Assembly: GCF_009834535.1 (NCBI RefSeq)
Contig: NC_045696.1
Coordinates: 87,980,001-88,044,000, forward strand
Reading direction: 5' to 3'
Length of the DNA stretch: 64,000 nt
Origin: Camelus ferus
Lineage: Eukaryota
The position numbers and the translations under genes were made by a program. Positions 49,594 through 63,504 of this stretch are shown here, piece after piece. Every line of letters begins with the position of its first letter. Positions within the stretch are counted from its first letter, which is position 1. The notes beneath the pieces were generated by a model. The model was not told the origin of the DNA. It did no database searches and saw only the letters and a program-made list of their open reading frames with translations.

Positions 49594-52570
49594 CTTCCAC
49601 TTCTATAAAAGCACGATGCCTCTAGAGCCAGCCAGAATACTTTTCCTTTTTTGTAGTTGACTAACAACCCAAGATTCAGGAACCAAGACTATTTTAGTCA
49701 CAATATTTTATCCTACCTCTGCTTTGCGTATCAACTAGAGAGAATCTAAGCAAACCACACCCCATGTCAGCATTCCAGGGAAGGCAACCAAAGAAAATCA
49801 GAGACTTCTTGTGCCTTTAAGTTTACCAGATTAGCCAAGAATAATTAGCAAAGGTCTGAAAGGAATTGTCTTTTTTTTTTTTAAGGCAACAATTCACACT
49901 TCAGCATTTATGCAAATTTGGGTAATTTAAATGTATGAGATGATTAAGAAAGAATCTTCTCTTTAATTCCCCAGGAGTGCATATGTTCTTTTCTCCTTAT
50001 GCAAATTTCTAGGATAGTCTGTTCTTTGATTCTTTTCTTAGATCGTCACACTGCTTAAAATAAAGCATTGTAAATATACACAATAGACTCGGAATCTTGC
50101 CTATTGCTTCCTATGAGTCTATGTAAATACTCAACAAAAGCAGCATTTTAACCATTTTTGAATTATAACAAGCTTATGTGGAAAATGCTGATGGAGGAAA
50201 ATATAAAGGCAGATATCTGTGGAAACTCTTCAGGATAATTTGTCAAATCAGATAAATGTAGTGCCCACATCTAAACTCTTAAGTGCCTTACTGCTCTGTG
50301 CCCTTGCACCAATTAACATTTAATTTGACTTTTTAACCATCTCACTTATCACTAGTTCTCTCATGCCTCTGAAGCTAACAAATGTTAGCTTTTCAAAGCT
50401 GACAGTTTATGATAACTTAAAACCCACACAATTTCAGGGTAATACAATAAGAGATTAAGGGACCACAGGGATGATGCAGCTGCAGGGCTTGCTATAAAAA
50501 GAGAGATGAACCACAATCCTGGTGAATGCCTTGAGTAAATATACTTGAAAACCATCTAAACCCATGTCAAGAAGGAAAACTTCAACTTAACTATATTAAT
50601 AGTGCTTCTAATCATACACTTCAGAAGTGATTTAAGGCCCTTGTTTATAAAAATTCCTTCACCAAATAACATAACTAGTATTGGAAGTGAAATGAAAAAT
50701 GTTATCAAGGAAAAGTTTGATTAAACAGCATAAAGAAAGCAATAATTTTAGACTCAAATTAAGAAAACAATATCGCTATTTTGCTACAGGAGAAAGCAAT
50801 AGATTTAAAAGTAATATATACTATATATACTTCTATATCTATATTTTGCCTTGGTGTTTAGGAAACATACTGAGATATTAACTGCATTGAACTGAGAAAA
50901 CAATTGCAGCCCTGAATTAGTCGATGCCTGAGAGGAGTCACTTAGCTATCTTTCCAAGGATGCTTATAGCATTTTACATTTCTGAAAGAAATTCCTTGAA
51001 CAGAGGACCAGTGTTGAAAAGAAAGAAGATTCATGTAAGTATTTGGATATTACCCATATATATATGATATATAGCATATATTTAGATACATAGCATATAT
51101 ATACATATCATATATTTATAAATATATTAATAGCTTTACTTTCCAGGAAGCCAGTAAACTTGGTATCACTACATGTTCAAGTTCTTCCTATCCTTTAAGA
51201 TCCACGCAAAAATATTGGGTTTTTAGTGCCTTTTCACTTCCCTTCTCTCCAAAATTTTCAGAGCTTTTCTTCTGTTCACTCTTTGAACATTTTAATGTCT
51301 ATCATAATTATTTGTGTAGAGGTTTCCCCTCCATTGCTACACTGTAAGCTCCTTCTTGCCAGGGCCAACAATAGTAACTGCTTTATGCATAGCAATTGAT
51401 CGACACTTTTTTTGTTAAATGAAAGGAGATATGTATACGATATATTTGAAATATATATGAAATATATATATAATTGGATATGCGAATGGATATGTGACTG
51501 AACAAACAGCCTAAATGAGAGTATTAACATTCAAAAAATGAATATCCTAAGGGAAAAATTATAATAAATTTCAAGAAGCATGTTTTGATTTAAATGGTCT
51601 GAAAAGATTTGCTTTAACAATGTATAACATATATGTTATATACCAGAAATTGACACAACAGTGTAATCTTAAATAAAAAGACAGCTTGATATTGTGGTTA
51701 GGGCCCAAGTGTTGGTATCAAATGACCTGGGTTGAAATCCTACCTCTCCTACTCTTTAACTGTGTTATCTTAAGTCAATTCTTCACTTTCTTTGGCCTCC
51801 TATTTCCCATCTGCAAAATAGTACCATTAAAATACTAATCAACCATTCAGCTAGGAAGCTGTTAGAACTAACTATAATAGTAAATACTTTCCATAATGCC
51901 TTCCAAATAGTAAATCCTTATTTAGTGATAAGTGATATTATTATTATCTATTAGTATTTTATTATTATATTTTCCTTAGGGAAAGGAATCTTCCCAAAAG
52001 AACATTAGAATTGCCCCCAATCAAAGGAGTGGTGGCCTAGGAAAGGAGTAGAATAGGGAGTGGTGGAGACTGTGGCAAACAGGAGCACATGCCACATCTC
52101 AAGGACAAGCTCAACTTAGTTCAAGCCAGTTGTTTCCATTCAGTAATACAGGCCCAGGTTTTCTAGAGCTTCATATTTTCTAAGAAAAAAAAAGTGAAAT
52201 TGCTATTTCATGTGAAATTTCCCAATTATTACAGTGGTGGGTGGTTTGCGACCTTTGCTCTAAAGCAGAACCTACTATGCTAAATAGTAGAAAATTCTAA
52301 GCTGAATATAAATTATCTCAGCTAAAGAAGCAAACACAGGGATAATTTTCAAACACAATATAAAAGAACAAAAGTTGGAAATTTTTAAAGTAATGTAATT
52401 ATGTCTGGAAAGTCCACAATAAAACTAATAGGGGCTCCAGAGGAAGAAGACAGAGAGGGAGGGAAAGAAATAGACCATGGAAAAAAATTTCTCTGACCTA
52501 AAAATGATTAAAGACTTTAGACGAAAAGAGCCCTGTAAGTAATTAAGTGAGAGAAATTTACCCAGACAAA

Positions 52571-53093
52571 TGAAGGGTAGCAGAATATGCCACCCCCACC
52601 AAAAAAAAAAAGTTTCTTTAGCATAAGAATTATTTTGAGCTGGTTATTTTGAGAAACAGAAGATGCAGGAGATGCTCTGAAAACAGAGAAGTTACCCTGT
52701 TGTGAGGGAAGTTTACATTTATAAAAAATCTTGACTTGTAAACGTGCCTCCCCAACTAAACCAGGAAGGGAAGGATGACTCCAAATCACAAAAGAATCTT
52801 ATCAATGTAGAAAGCACTAAGTTATATCTGCATAGCAAACCTTTTTGTTTATCATGCTTTTCCTAGTAATCTCCCCTCCTAACACCTTTCTTTTGTCTTT
52901 GGCTGAAGGTGGGTCTAGGCTATCACAAAGAGTTACTCATTTTTTCCTTGGGTATCTCCCATGTTTACTTAAGGTATACATGTTAATACGCTTCTGTTTG
53001 TTTTTCTCTCATTAATCTGTCTTTTATTATGGGGGTTCAAGACAAGAACTCAGAAGGATAGAGGGAAAATTATCTTTAATTTAATATCCTACA
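52571..53093 (+). mobile_element. Solo ERV1 LTR, MER34-like
   Basis: tgaagggtagcagaatatgccacccc...gcataagaattattttgagctg...gaactcagaaggatagagggaaaa...cctaca. Confidence 0.8.
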
Positions 53094-53747
53094 GATATCC
53101 TGGTAAAATTTCTGAACTCCAAGGACAAAGAGAAAATTCTAAAGCAATCCATAAGGACAAAACAGATTTTTCTAGAAATTGGTATTGTATTTTTAAAGAC
53201 TACCTAACAGAAAATAGAAATATGTTCTCAAAACTCAAATGTGGGGAAAATTTGAAGACATTTTAGTAAATTTACTGTATACTAACTTTTCTGAAATAAT
53301 TCCTTGAGAATTTATGCAATATTGTACTTCATCAAAATAACTCGATACAAAAAAGTAAGACATAATTTAAGAATATAGAGAGATGAAAAATATTAATAAT
53401 ATAGTTCCGAACATCTATTTTTTCAAATACATGGAATGTGAAGGTTCAAATAGATTTGTTAAAATTTTAAGATAAACCTCTGGGAAGAAAAAAATGACTT
53501 GAGATATAAAAGGAAGAAAAGAAAAGTAAGCATAACAAATAGATAAGACAAAAAATATAGTAGGAATAAACTCAGAATTATCAGTAAACATAAAATATGT
53601 GAATGGGTAATATTCTGTCTTAAAAATACAGACTGTCACATTGGATTCCAAAGTATTAATCCAGCTGTAGATTGGTAACAAGAGATGACAATTAAAACAA
53701 AATAACAGAATGTGGAATGACACAGATACAGAAATTATACATATAAT

Positions 53748-53748
<1 letters not shown>

Positions 53749-53795
<47 letters not shown>
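53749..53795. repeat. (TAAA)n microsatellite
   Basis: About 11-12 perfect units. Confidence 0.95.
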
Positions 53796-53908
53796 GTATC
53801 CAGACAAATGCTCACCTCCAAAAAACAACAGCTGTGATAGAGTTCAATTTCTAGATATTGTTAAAAATTATAGGAGAAATATACACCAAAAAAATTTACA
53901 AATAGTTA

Positions 53909-54484
53909 TGAAGGAGGATTAATAAACTGGCCACACTTAGGCTAACAGATTGCTTATTCTTATGCTTGCCTTTAAACCGGTCAACTCACCTGACTGACTG
54001 GTTGCTACTCACAGTTTCAGGCCCATTGTTAAAATTGATCTTACTGTTTCTACTTTGTTTCAATCATTGAAAGTAATAATCAAGCTTGGTCTCTGAGTCC
54101 TTTTCCAAGAAGAAGGTTACAGGACTGTAACCTTACAAAATAGCCTGAATTACCAAGAAGACCACGCCTTGAGTGCTTACGAGATAAAGAGATCTAACCC
54201 CTAGCCTCTATAGAATTGGTTACCTGGAGGCATCATGACGCCATTCTGTCTTCTGATGAGAAAATGATTCTGCTGATTGTTATCAATGTTTTATTGTTTG
54301 AGTTATGGCTATATAACCACCCCACCCCATCCCCAAGGTGGGTTCACAGATTTGAAGGCACTAGCCTGCTGTGAGTCCCCTTTGCCCGGCAAAGCAATAA
54401 AATTGCCTCTTTTCTTCTAAGCTCCAAGGACTTTTCTCTAGGTTATTTGGCTCATCAGGGATGGGGGCTGATCTTTTGGCAACA
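53909..54484 (+). mobile_element. Solo ERV1 LTR with perfect 4-bp TSD
   Basis: TG...CA termini; TSD GTTA at 53905-53908 and 54485-54488; TATATAA at ~54310, AATAAA at ~54396. Confidence 0.85.
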
Positions 54485-55176
54485 GTTATAAATCCTTATG
54501 CAATAAAAACCTAGCATCAGATATAATACAGAATTCTAGAACTACAAGGAGAAATTTACAAATTAATATTTATAGAGGCAAACTTACCACACATGTCTCC
54601 AAACATTGTCAAATGAAATGCACAAGAATTAGGAGAAAAAGGATTCAAGTAAAATAACTTATAGGCACAAAATAAGGTATAATAAAGTATTTTTTACCCA
54701 TTAAACAGAGAATGAGTATTTTTATGTAAGAATAGAATTTTCAAAGATCATTCACAAAACTTTCAAAATTTCAAAAAGTACAAATCATAGAAAACCATAA
54801 TTTTTACCAAATACAATAAAATTAGAAACTAAAAACTGAACGATAGACCAAAATATATGCATTTGTAAATTTTAAAACACTTCTTGGTTTTGATCAACTA
54901 CCATTTACATTCTTAAAGTATAGGAAATGCTTACGCTTTGGAAAAAAATCTATTTTGGCAATGATTCTAAACACCTGGGGAACCTAAAAAATATTTAAAG
55001 CCCAGGTCCCAGCCCCTAAACAGCAGTAGTTTTAAAGGCTTTTCCAGGTGATTCTAAAATGCAGTGGGTTTTGAGAAGCACTATCCTACACAATAGCCAG
55101 TAGGTAATTTACCACATGGGGTTGAAGCTTTGGGGAGAGGCCAACAAGAGATCACATATTTAGGAGTTAGGAATAG

Positions 55177-55656
55177 TGTGAACGAAAAATACTGCAAACC
55201 TTATCAGTAAACAAAGAATGCTGAGGCCATCAAGTCATCAGCGGCTGCCACCACCCCCACAGTGGAGACAAGCCTGCAGCCCAGCCTCTGCAGCCACTCA
55301 CAATGGTGCACCCTGAGGGGACTCAGAATAATAAAGGACAAGATACTGGCCCTAGATAGCTAGGGGCTTGTCAAAGGAATGAATTCAATGAGCCCAAATG
55401 TTTGCTTCCTCCCACACTTAGAAAAGCACTAAATTCTTTAACTTGAGATGCCTGTTTTTCTTTAGATAACAAGTAACCTTTTATTGTTTCAACTACCTGG
55501 TCTTTGTTGTAAAGCTCCTATATATCCTAGCTCCTCCCCTACCTCTTCGGAGCAGTCCCTCAGAGAGATCTGAGACGCTATCATCCCGGCTGGAGTACTC
55601 CCGCTAAATAAAACAAAACTTTCAACTTTTAGGCTGCACATTTATTTCAGTCGACA
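55177..55656 (+). mobile_element. Solo ERV1 LTR, MER41-like, with perfect 4-bp TSD
   Basis: TG...GTCGACA termini; TSD ATAG at 55173-55176 and 55657-55660. Confidence 0.85.
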
Positions 55657-56879
55657 ATAGCAAGTCACACATTAAGGGCTAAACTCATCTGGAAAACTCC
55701 TTTGACCCAGCATGGTGGGGGTTTTTTCCCTTAGTATAATTTTAAATGTCTTTAATCATTTCCTGAATGCCACAAGCTCCATCACTGCCTATTGTTTGTA
55801 TTGATCCAATTCACATATTTAATTACCTGCCTGACTTCAGCTAGTAAGGGTAGTTAAAACCATGAAAGTATGTAAGATCACTCAGAGACAAGGAATAAGA
55901 TCAGAGAGTCCTGCAACTACTTTGAAAAGATAGGCAGTGGAAGAGCCCCCCCACCCAAAATCAGAAGTAAAGGTAAGAGAGATAAGAGAAAAAAGCAAGA
56001 GAAGGCTACAATTCAGTACCTAAAATGAATACAGATCAAGGCCTATACATGCAACTAGAAACTTAAATTAAGTTAGTCCTTATTTTATAGCCCTTGGTTT
56101 CACCACTGGTTGGAAGAGTTGAAAGGGATACAATTGATAACACTGCATTATATGTATATATGTATTGCGCAACAGGAAAAGGGAATTTGCAAAGTCATGG
56201 ATTGAGTCCATGGTGAATCTTTGACTAAATGATCTACATCCAACAAGTAAGATCTTTACGTTTCTACCTAAAAATAAAGTGATTTAACAAGGTGCAACTT
56301 TTATCACCAACTTCACCTCTGCCTTCAACTGCAGCGGCCACCTGCTGGTTTAGAGGATAAAGGAACACTCTTTTCTTCATGTCTAATTAATACCGTCTTG
56401 CTTAGACATTGTTGAAGAGAGTGCCAATTAGTGTCACCAGCCAGCAACTGAACTTTCACACAGTTTTAGACAGCATGGAAAAGCTGGTAAATTCTGGAAT
56501 ACCATTCTTGTTTGATCAAACTCTTTCTTTAGTTGGTAACAATTAAGAAAATTATCACACATCTCTAAATCCACAAACTTTCATACACCAGTTCTAGGAA
56601 GAAAATACAAGATGCAGGAAGACCATGAACTCAAATACAGGGCAGAAAAGATACATACTTTCTCTTTAATATCTGAACATAAGCTCCTTAAGGTCAAGGA
56701 CTGGTCATCTTGGTGTCTGTACTCTCAGCACAGTCCCTAATACAGAACTGAATATTTATTATGTTAAACACTGGCCATCAAGAACAAGCAACTGTGAACT
56801 ACAGGATCTGAGTAACCAACAACCAGGCAGTATAATAGGAAGGATTCTGTAGAGGAGACAAATAATCAGCTCTCCTCAT

Positions 56880-58555
56880 TCCACTTCTCCTGGGCTTCAA
56901 CCACGTGGAGATGCAAGACCCTCATTTGCATGAATTCTTGTCATTGCCTACTATTTCCATACCAATCATACTGACCAATTCCCACTTGCCAAGAATAGGT
57001 CTAAGGGAGGGCATGTAACCCAATTCTGCAAATGAAAGGTAGAGGGAAAATGCTGGGAATTTTGAGACAGTTTCCTTCTTCATAAGAGAGAGTGGCTGAA
57101 GGACAAAGTCTTTCTCCATTCTACTCCTTCCTTACTCATTGTGAAGATACCGTGTGGAGATGATGGTTGGAGGATCAGCAACCATGTGATCAAGAAGAAA
57201 GATATCACCAGCACCGCAGATGGCAGGAGAGAAAGAGGAAGTACGTGACCTTGGTAACAGTGCTGAGCCAACCGCTGAACCAATATGGGGACTGCCTAGC
57301 TGTGAACTTCTTATTAGGCTAAGAAGAAATGTCATTCTGGTTTAAGTTATTGTAGGTCAGAGACTCTATTTCTTTTACCAAAACATTCCAATACAATATT
57401 ATACACCAAGGCAAAAATTATTTGTTGCGTACCAACAGCCGTTCCCCTCTTGTCTTCTCTGCCAGAAAAGAGGCAATTCCCTATGGGACTAAAAATGTCA
57501 GAGCTTGCTTTCCCATCTTCACTTGCTCAGTCATGAGTATATGATGCCATCCTTGCCTATCATTCCTGAGGGGAAGTTAATGGGAGTGTTTCTTGTTAAG
57601 ATTTTCTCCTTCCTAAAAGAGATGCCCAAGAAGAAGCCTTTGTTCCTTTTTTACATTTTAACATGCTTTGTGAAGTTGTCAGCTTGGAGCTTTGGCAGCC
57701 ATTTTGCAATCATGAGTGGAAATCCAACAGAACTAGAGAAAAGCCAACCAACTTCCTTGACACCTTTGAGCAACTGAATCAGTACTGGAATCACTTGTCT
57801 TATTCTGTACTTGTGGTTATTTGAGCAAAATAAACTATCCTAAATTTAACCGACTTTTAGTTAGATATTATTTTATTATAGGTGAAAGAATTCAAACTGA
57901 AACACCTATCTAGTATAGGGTTGTTGTGAGAACTCAGTGAGAAAATTTGTGTGAAGTGCTTAGCACAGTCTCTGCTACAAAATGAGTACTAGAAAACTTT
58001 AGCTAATATTACTAGTTCTAATAGGTATATATTATAATGTCTGCCTAGACCCTTCCCTTCTTCGAGTGTCATCAGTCTCCTTCTTTTGAGAAACTGGTCC
58101 CCCCCTTTCCAGCTCCCATTACATTATGTGATGGGTACTATCTTCTTCTAAAAAGATCCAAATTCACAGGTCACACTCTTGGTTCAGGAGTTTAAATTAG
58201 TACCAAGCTGAGCTGAGCATCATGTTGCTTCACGAGGGTTACATTCACTGGTCCAGAGATTAATATATAAAGTTCATCAAAGACTTCCAGGCACTCATGA
58301 TTTTAGGTTTATGAGGAAATTCTGCCTGAGAAGATGAAATCAACACAGAGAGAAAAACAGAGATAAGAGAAAAAAAAAATAACCTGACTATGTTCAAGCC
58401 CCTGGTTTCAGTTTCTCAGGTCCCACTGCTGCCCTGGTTATTGCCTTCCTGACGTGTGGGTCTACATCCCTTCTGTGAAATACCCTAGTATCATCTTAAC
58501 ATATTAGCTAGAATTGAGTTCTGGTCACTTGGTCCATTAGAGTTCTGATTAACAC
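56880..58555 (+). mobile_element. Cluster of three old MLT1 (K/L-like) LTR remnants (~56880-57400, 57420-57905, 58030-58555)
   Basis: gggcatgtaacccaattctgcaaatga; ttggagctttggcagccattttgcaatcatgag; ttagctagaattgagttctggtcactt...ctgattaacaca. Confidence 0.6.
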
Positions 58556-58609
58556 ATTGTTTTCAACCTTATGAAATTTCACTCATCCTTTATCAAATGT
58601 CAATTGTCG

Positions 58610-60430
58610 ACTCTATTCATTCAACAAGTATCTATTTTGTGTCTGCAAACTTTCAGGAACTGTGATAAGCACTACAGATACAAAAATGACAAAGATATAC
58701 TTTCTGCTCTCAAGTTGCTTAATCTTCACAGATACACATGTGTCAAGATCATTCCCAAAGGGGATATTAAGAGCTGTGGAAATGGAGTAATGAAAGCAGG
58801 CAAGAAGGCTATTTACTCTAGCCTAGGATGAAGATTCAGGTGCTAAAGAACAATGACAACTGAGAGTCTGAAAGAACAAACAGAATTTGTTCAGGGAGAT
58901 TCCAATCAAGGAAGTCACTGGATCAGCTATATGTTGAACCAACAGGAGGTCCTGACCCATTAAACAAGAGGCTGAAATAAACTGCACTTTTAAAAACATT
59001 GGCTTTTGGCTTCATCATGAAGTTAGGAACTATAGAAAAAAAAGAGAAGTGGCTTCTGAGAGAAAGGAAGATAAAATATGGACACTATGAGTTTCAAGTA
59101 CCTTTGAGAAATTCCAATGTAGTTAGCAGGAACTTTGATATATGGGCTGGAACTAATTTTTCTAAGTGGCTTGTCCTACAAATATATATTAAGGAGTTGT
59201 CAGCATCTAGATGACACCTGGCACCACGAAGGTAAATGGCATCCTGAGAAGAGAATGCAGAGGAGAGAAGAGGTACAAAAATGGAACCCTAGGGGACACA
59301 TCATGCCTCGAAAACCAATAGAGCAGAATTTCAAAAAGAGAGTGGTCAATAATTCATATCCAGAGAGAGAGAGGAAAGTCAGATTAGTACTAAAATATGT
59401 CCTTTGATTTTAGCAACAACCTTGACAATGGCAGGTTCAGTTTGTGGAACATGATTATACGGCTTGAATAATGAATATAAGTCACACGAGTGTGGATGGG
59501 ACTATAAATGACTGTTACACTTTTGAGAGGCTTAGTGATGAAGGGGAGGGAAGGTCAGGTAGTACCTAGAGTCTTTGTTTTTGTGGTTTGTTTATTTAAT
59601 GTAGGATAGAAATGTGAGCACGTTTATATGCTTAGAGAAAGCTCCATCACATAAAATAAAAGATGCGGCAAAGAAAACAGGGCAAGAACACTGAGAGTGA
59701 AGCTGAGTCAACAGGGATCAGCTCTAGCTGGAGTCCGTCATTCCTCTATCCTAACCCAGCCACGGTCCACAAGGTCCCGAGCTGCTTCCCTGACCCTGCT
59801 TCTCCTCCCACATCGCCTGTTGTTCATTCCACGTCAGACACACTGGCCTCTGCTGTCCTCAAACGTGCCAAGCACACTCCAGCCTCTGAGCCTGGGTCCC
59901 TTCTCTTTACTGCTCCTAGAGAGTACTTCTTTCAGGATCTTCAGGGCTCCTTTCCCAAGTTCCTCCAAGTCTCTGAGCAGATATTTCCTCATCAGTGAGG
60001 TCTTCCATGACCTCTCTAGTATATAAAGTGGCAATGACTCCCTTGTCCCCAGCACTCTCCAGCCCTCTTAATTTTCTCTTTTTTTCTTTCTTCTTTTTCT
60101 TTTTTTGGTGGGGGGAGGGGGTTATTAAGTTTGTTTAATTTTTTTAATGGAATGTACCGGGGATTGAAGCCAGGACCTCATGCATGCTAAAAAGTACGTA
60201 TTCTACCACTGAGCTATACCCTCCCCCCTTGTATTTTTCGATAGTTCTTATCACATTCTGACATATTATAAATCTGCTTGTTTATCTACTTATTATCTGC
60301 CTTCTTTCTCTAATATGTAAATATCATCATGAAAGTTAAATGTATTTATTTAAAATATCATATTTCTGGTGTCTAAACAGTGACTGCACTTGATAGGTGC
60401 CCAAATAAATAGCAGTTAATGAATGAATTC
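58610..60430. mobile_element. L2 fragments (minus ~58610-59620; plus ~59700-60430)
   Basis: tattcattcaacaagtatctatt at 58614; acactggcctctgctgtcctcaaacgtgccaagcac at ~59840; ataggtgcccaaataaatagcagttaatgaatgaa at ~60395. Confidence 0.75.
60072..60228 (-). mobile_element. tRNA-derived SINE (camelid Vic-1-like)
   Basis: ggggattgaagccaggacctcatgcatgct...tctaccactgagctataccctccccc; same family as 43398-43525. Confidence 0.85.
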
Positions 60431-61159
60431 ATGAAAAGGATGTTTTAGATTGTACAGGCTAAATTAGAGGGGAAGTGACAGATGAGGAGGAAAGGAAATA
60501 GAGAGGCCAAAGAGCACCCCAGAGCAGACTTCCAAGAAGTAAGAGACTGAGCAATGTCGAGACAAGGGGTGTGGTCAGAGCTTACAGCTCCGGCTGTAAG
60601 ATCTCATGATGCACACATTGGGGGTTGCCAACATCCAGAGTGGCCCCTGGGCAATGGATACCTGAACTGTGATGAAGGGAAGGTCTTCGGAGTTCAGGGA
60701 ACCAGAAGGTCCTTATGCTCAGGTGTTGGAGGTGTCATGGCCTCATGAAGTGAACATTTCCTGGGGTAGTGGCAGGAAGTGGTATGTAAAGGCAGACCAC
60801 AAATGAGTACCATTTCTTGGTGAACTAGGGATGTCCAGGGAATAAGTGGTGACAGCAGGAGGTGAGGTGGAGGATGGGGCAGACAGCGTTGGGGTGCAGC
60901 CCCACAGGACAGATTTGAAGCAGGGTGAAGATGGTTGGCCTGGATGTTCTAGAAATACACAGCCTGTGATATAACAGCTGAAGGGCTGAGAAGGCTAAAA
61001 GTCTTTTGTTTTGTTTTGTCTTACCATAGCAAGCTGTCTGAAACCTTTCCTTTAACTTTCAAATAAGAGAAAAATGATGGAGTATTTTCTCAGTGCCCCC
61101 ATAGAATGGAATCCAGAGGAACCTCGCTGGAATAAAGAATCTGACTCTATTTTTGATGT

Positions 61160-61515
61160 TGGATGGCTGACAGCTTTTCACTTCCCTCCTGCCCTTGTGA
61201 CCTTCATCTAAGAAAGCTGATAAGGAAGCCTGGGTGCCCTTCTCTCCAGTGCCAGCAGGACATTCAAGCTATACCAGCCCCTGCTCTGTGCAGCTACACT
61301 CAGTCCAGCTCCACCCCCCAACCACAATGAAAACCCCACATGTCTCCCTTCCTTGCTCTCACAAGCCATTTTCTCAGAAAGCCTGCTCTGCTCTCCCCCA
61401 AAAGCCTCATTATATAAGCAATAAAAATTTTCATACCCTCTGTGTATATCTCAGTCCTGACATCTGATCCAAGTTTTGGGTGGGGGTCTGTTCTGTTTCT
61501 GCAGTGTGTCCACAA
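61160..61515 (+). mobile_element. Possible old ERV1-like LTR remnant
   Basis: aagcaataaaaattttcataccctc...gacatctgatccaagttttgggtgggggtc resembles an LTR R/U5 end. Confidence 0.35.
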
Positions 61516-61619
61516 AACCCAACTACCAAGGTCACTTTCAGCAAAGCCCTCACCGATCTCATCAGGCAGAATTAGTCACTCCTTACCTTATGCTCTCACT
61601 TCTGTTTATTTATATCTTT

Positions 61620-61824
61620 TTTTTATTATTGTATTATTATTTTTTATTGAAGTATAGTCAATTTACAATGTTGTGTTACTTTCTGGTGTACAGCATAGTG
61701 ATTCATTTGTACATATATATATTATTTTTCATATTATTTTTCATTATAGGCCATTACAAGACACTGAATGTAGTTCCCTGTGCTATAGAGTAAGCCCTTG
61801 TTTATCTACTTTTGTATATGGTAG
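61620..61824 (-). mobile_element. Young 5'-truncated L1 3' end with perfect 14-bp TSD
   Basis: TSD TTATTTATATCTTT at 61606-61619 and 61825-61838. Confidence 0.9.
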
Positions 61825-63504
61825 TTATTTATATCTTTAGTGCTCACTATAGTCTAATATTTGTTATAATTGACTCTGCATGTATCTGTTACTCTGATTA
61901 AGATTCTTGAGGATAGAAATGGTATTTAACTTATCTCTATATTCCCTGGGACTTTATGTATGAATGCTTAATAAATAATTGATCTATTGAAATTTTCAGG
62001 AGATACAAGGGCAGGGTGGCATTCCTTTGGAGACCTGGAAGTTTCAGTTTTGATCTGAAGCTTTAAAAACACCGCTTGAATGTATTCTGCCCCTCCTGGG
62101 CTCTCAGACTTCATGATAGAGTTCAAATCATGATATAAAAACAGCAAAGCACAATATAAAGACCGCTTAAAAAAGGTCAATTCTTTCCAAGCTGTTTCTA
62201 TTCCCCTTATGGAATTACTAAACAGAAGGCTTAGTTGAAGATCCCCGAAAGTTCATTCATTTCTGTAAGAGCTATGAGAATGCTCATAAAACCAGTTTTG
62301 AATAGGAACCCACCCATATGTTTTATGCTGTTTTTCAGGCAGTTAGCCTAATTAAGCCTCCTAGGCAGGTTAGAGTCCCCCTGTGGAAACTAAATTGAGT
62401 TTAAATACAGAATTATCTCAAAATCTATGAGCTTTTGATTGATGCTTCAGTTAATTTTGACAATTGAAGTGGCCTCCTGCTTATCTTCACTTTAGGAAGA
62501 TGAATAATTATGGTAATGACTTCATTAACTCTTTGATGTCAGTCCTTGGAATTTAGAAAAGTTGTTTTGCCTAAATTCAAGGCCTAGGAAAGACAAATAA
62601 TCAGTCTGTTAGGCATATTTGCTTCAAATTTTCATCTCATTCCACTTCACTGTCATACCCACAGGCAATACCAGAAATGTTAAATTGTGTGTCCAACCAC
62701 ATAAGAGGAGATTAAGAAAAAAATCTCCATTCAGATGAATATGGCTCTCAACAGTACCAGAACTCTTTACAATCTAAGATTTTTTTTTTTAATTTCAGGT
62801 CGCCAACAGATTGCATTCTCTGTGCCCTCATAGCATCTCAGTCTGGATAAGCAAGCATTCAATCACCATAATAGACTCTTTGCTCTGAAGAAAGGGGTAC
62901 ATTATAAGTAATTTGAAAGAAAAAAATAAGTCAATGAATGGATTTGGGGAGATAACAAAATATTTCTTGGAGTTAGTTTCAAATAGTCATAAAGAGAGGG
63001 ACTCAGACTAAGAACTTAAATTGTATAGCTGAGGTCATACAACTAACGTCTTCTAGGTTCATCAAGACTAAGTTGCTGCAAATGCTCCATATATTTTCAT
63101 TCATCTTTAACCTTTTACAAATAAAAATTTCACTCATTTTACTTTTTGAAAAGGAGGTGTTGAGGGTGAAAATAATTTAAACAAGAACTCTCACACATCA
63201 CATATTATCATCAATTCTCTCCTTTTGGAAATAATATGAATCATAACACTACCCCAGAGAGGTCCGGGAATGATCTCAGGTGATTTTTAGCGCATTTGAA
63301 AATACTTTTTGAAAGGAAAAATTACCAGATCAATATTTGTTTTGTACAACAAACACTAGGCAGATTTGTTCATCATATGCTTGGATTCCTAAAAGTGCAT
63401 CCGGGGGAAAAGGAAAGAATTTTGATATAGAATCTAAAAGATTTAGATCCTTTTTTTTTTTTTTTTTTTCAGAAGATACTTGGGTTTTGCTTTATAATCT
63501 CTGC

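Larger units (their letters stand above)
52320..54890 (+). mobile_element. Degraded old L1M (ORF1/endonuclease region) hosting two solo LTRs
   Basis: A-rich L1-like motifs aataggggctccagagg, tggtaaaatttctgaactccaaggacaaagagaaaattctaaa, tgtgaatgggtaatattct, caataaaattagaaa. Confidence 0.6.
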
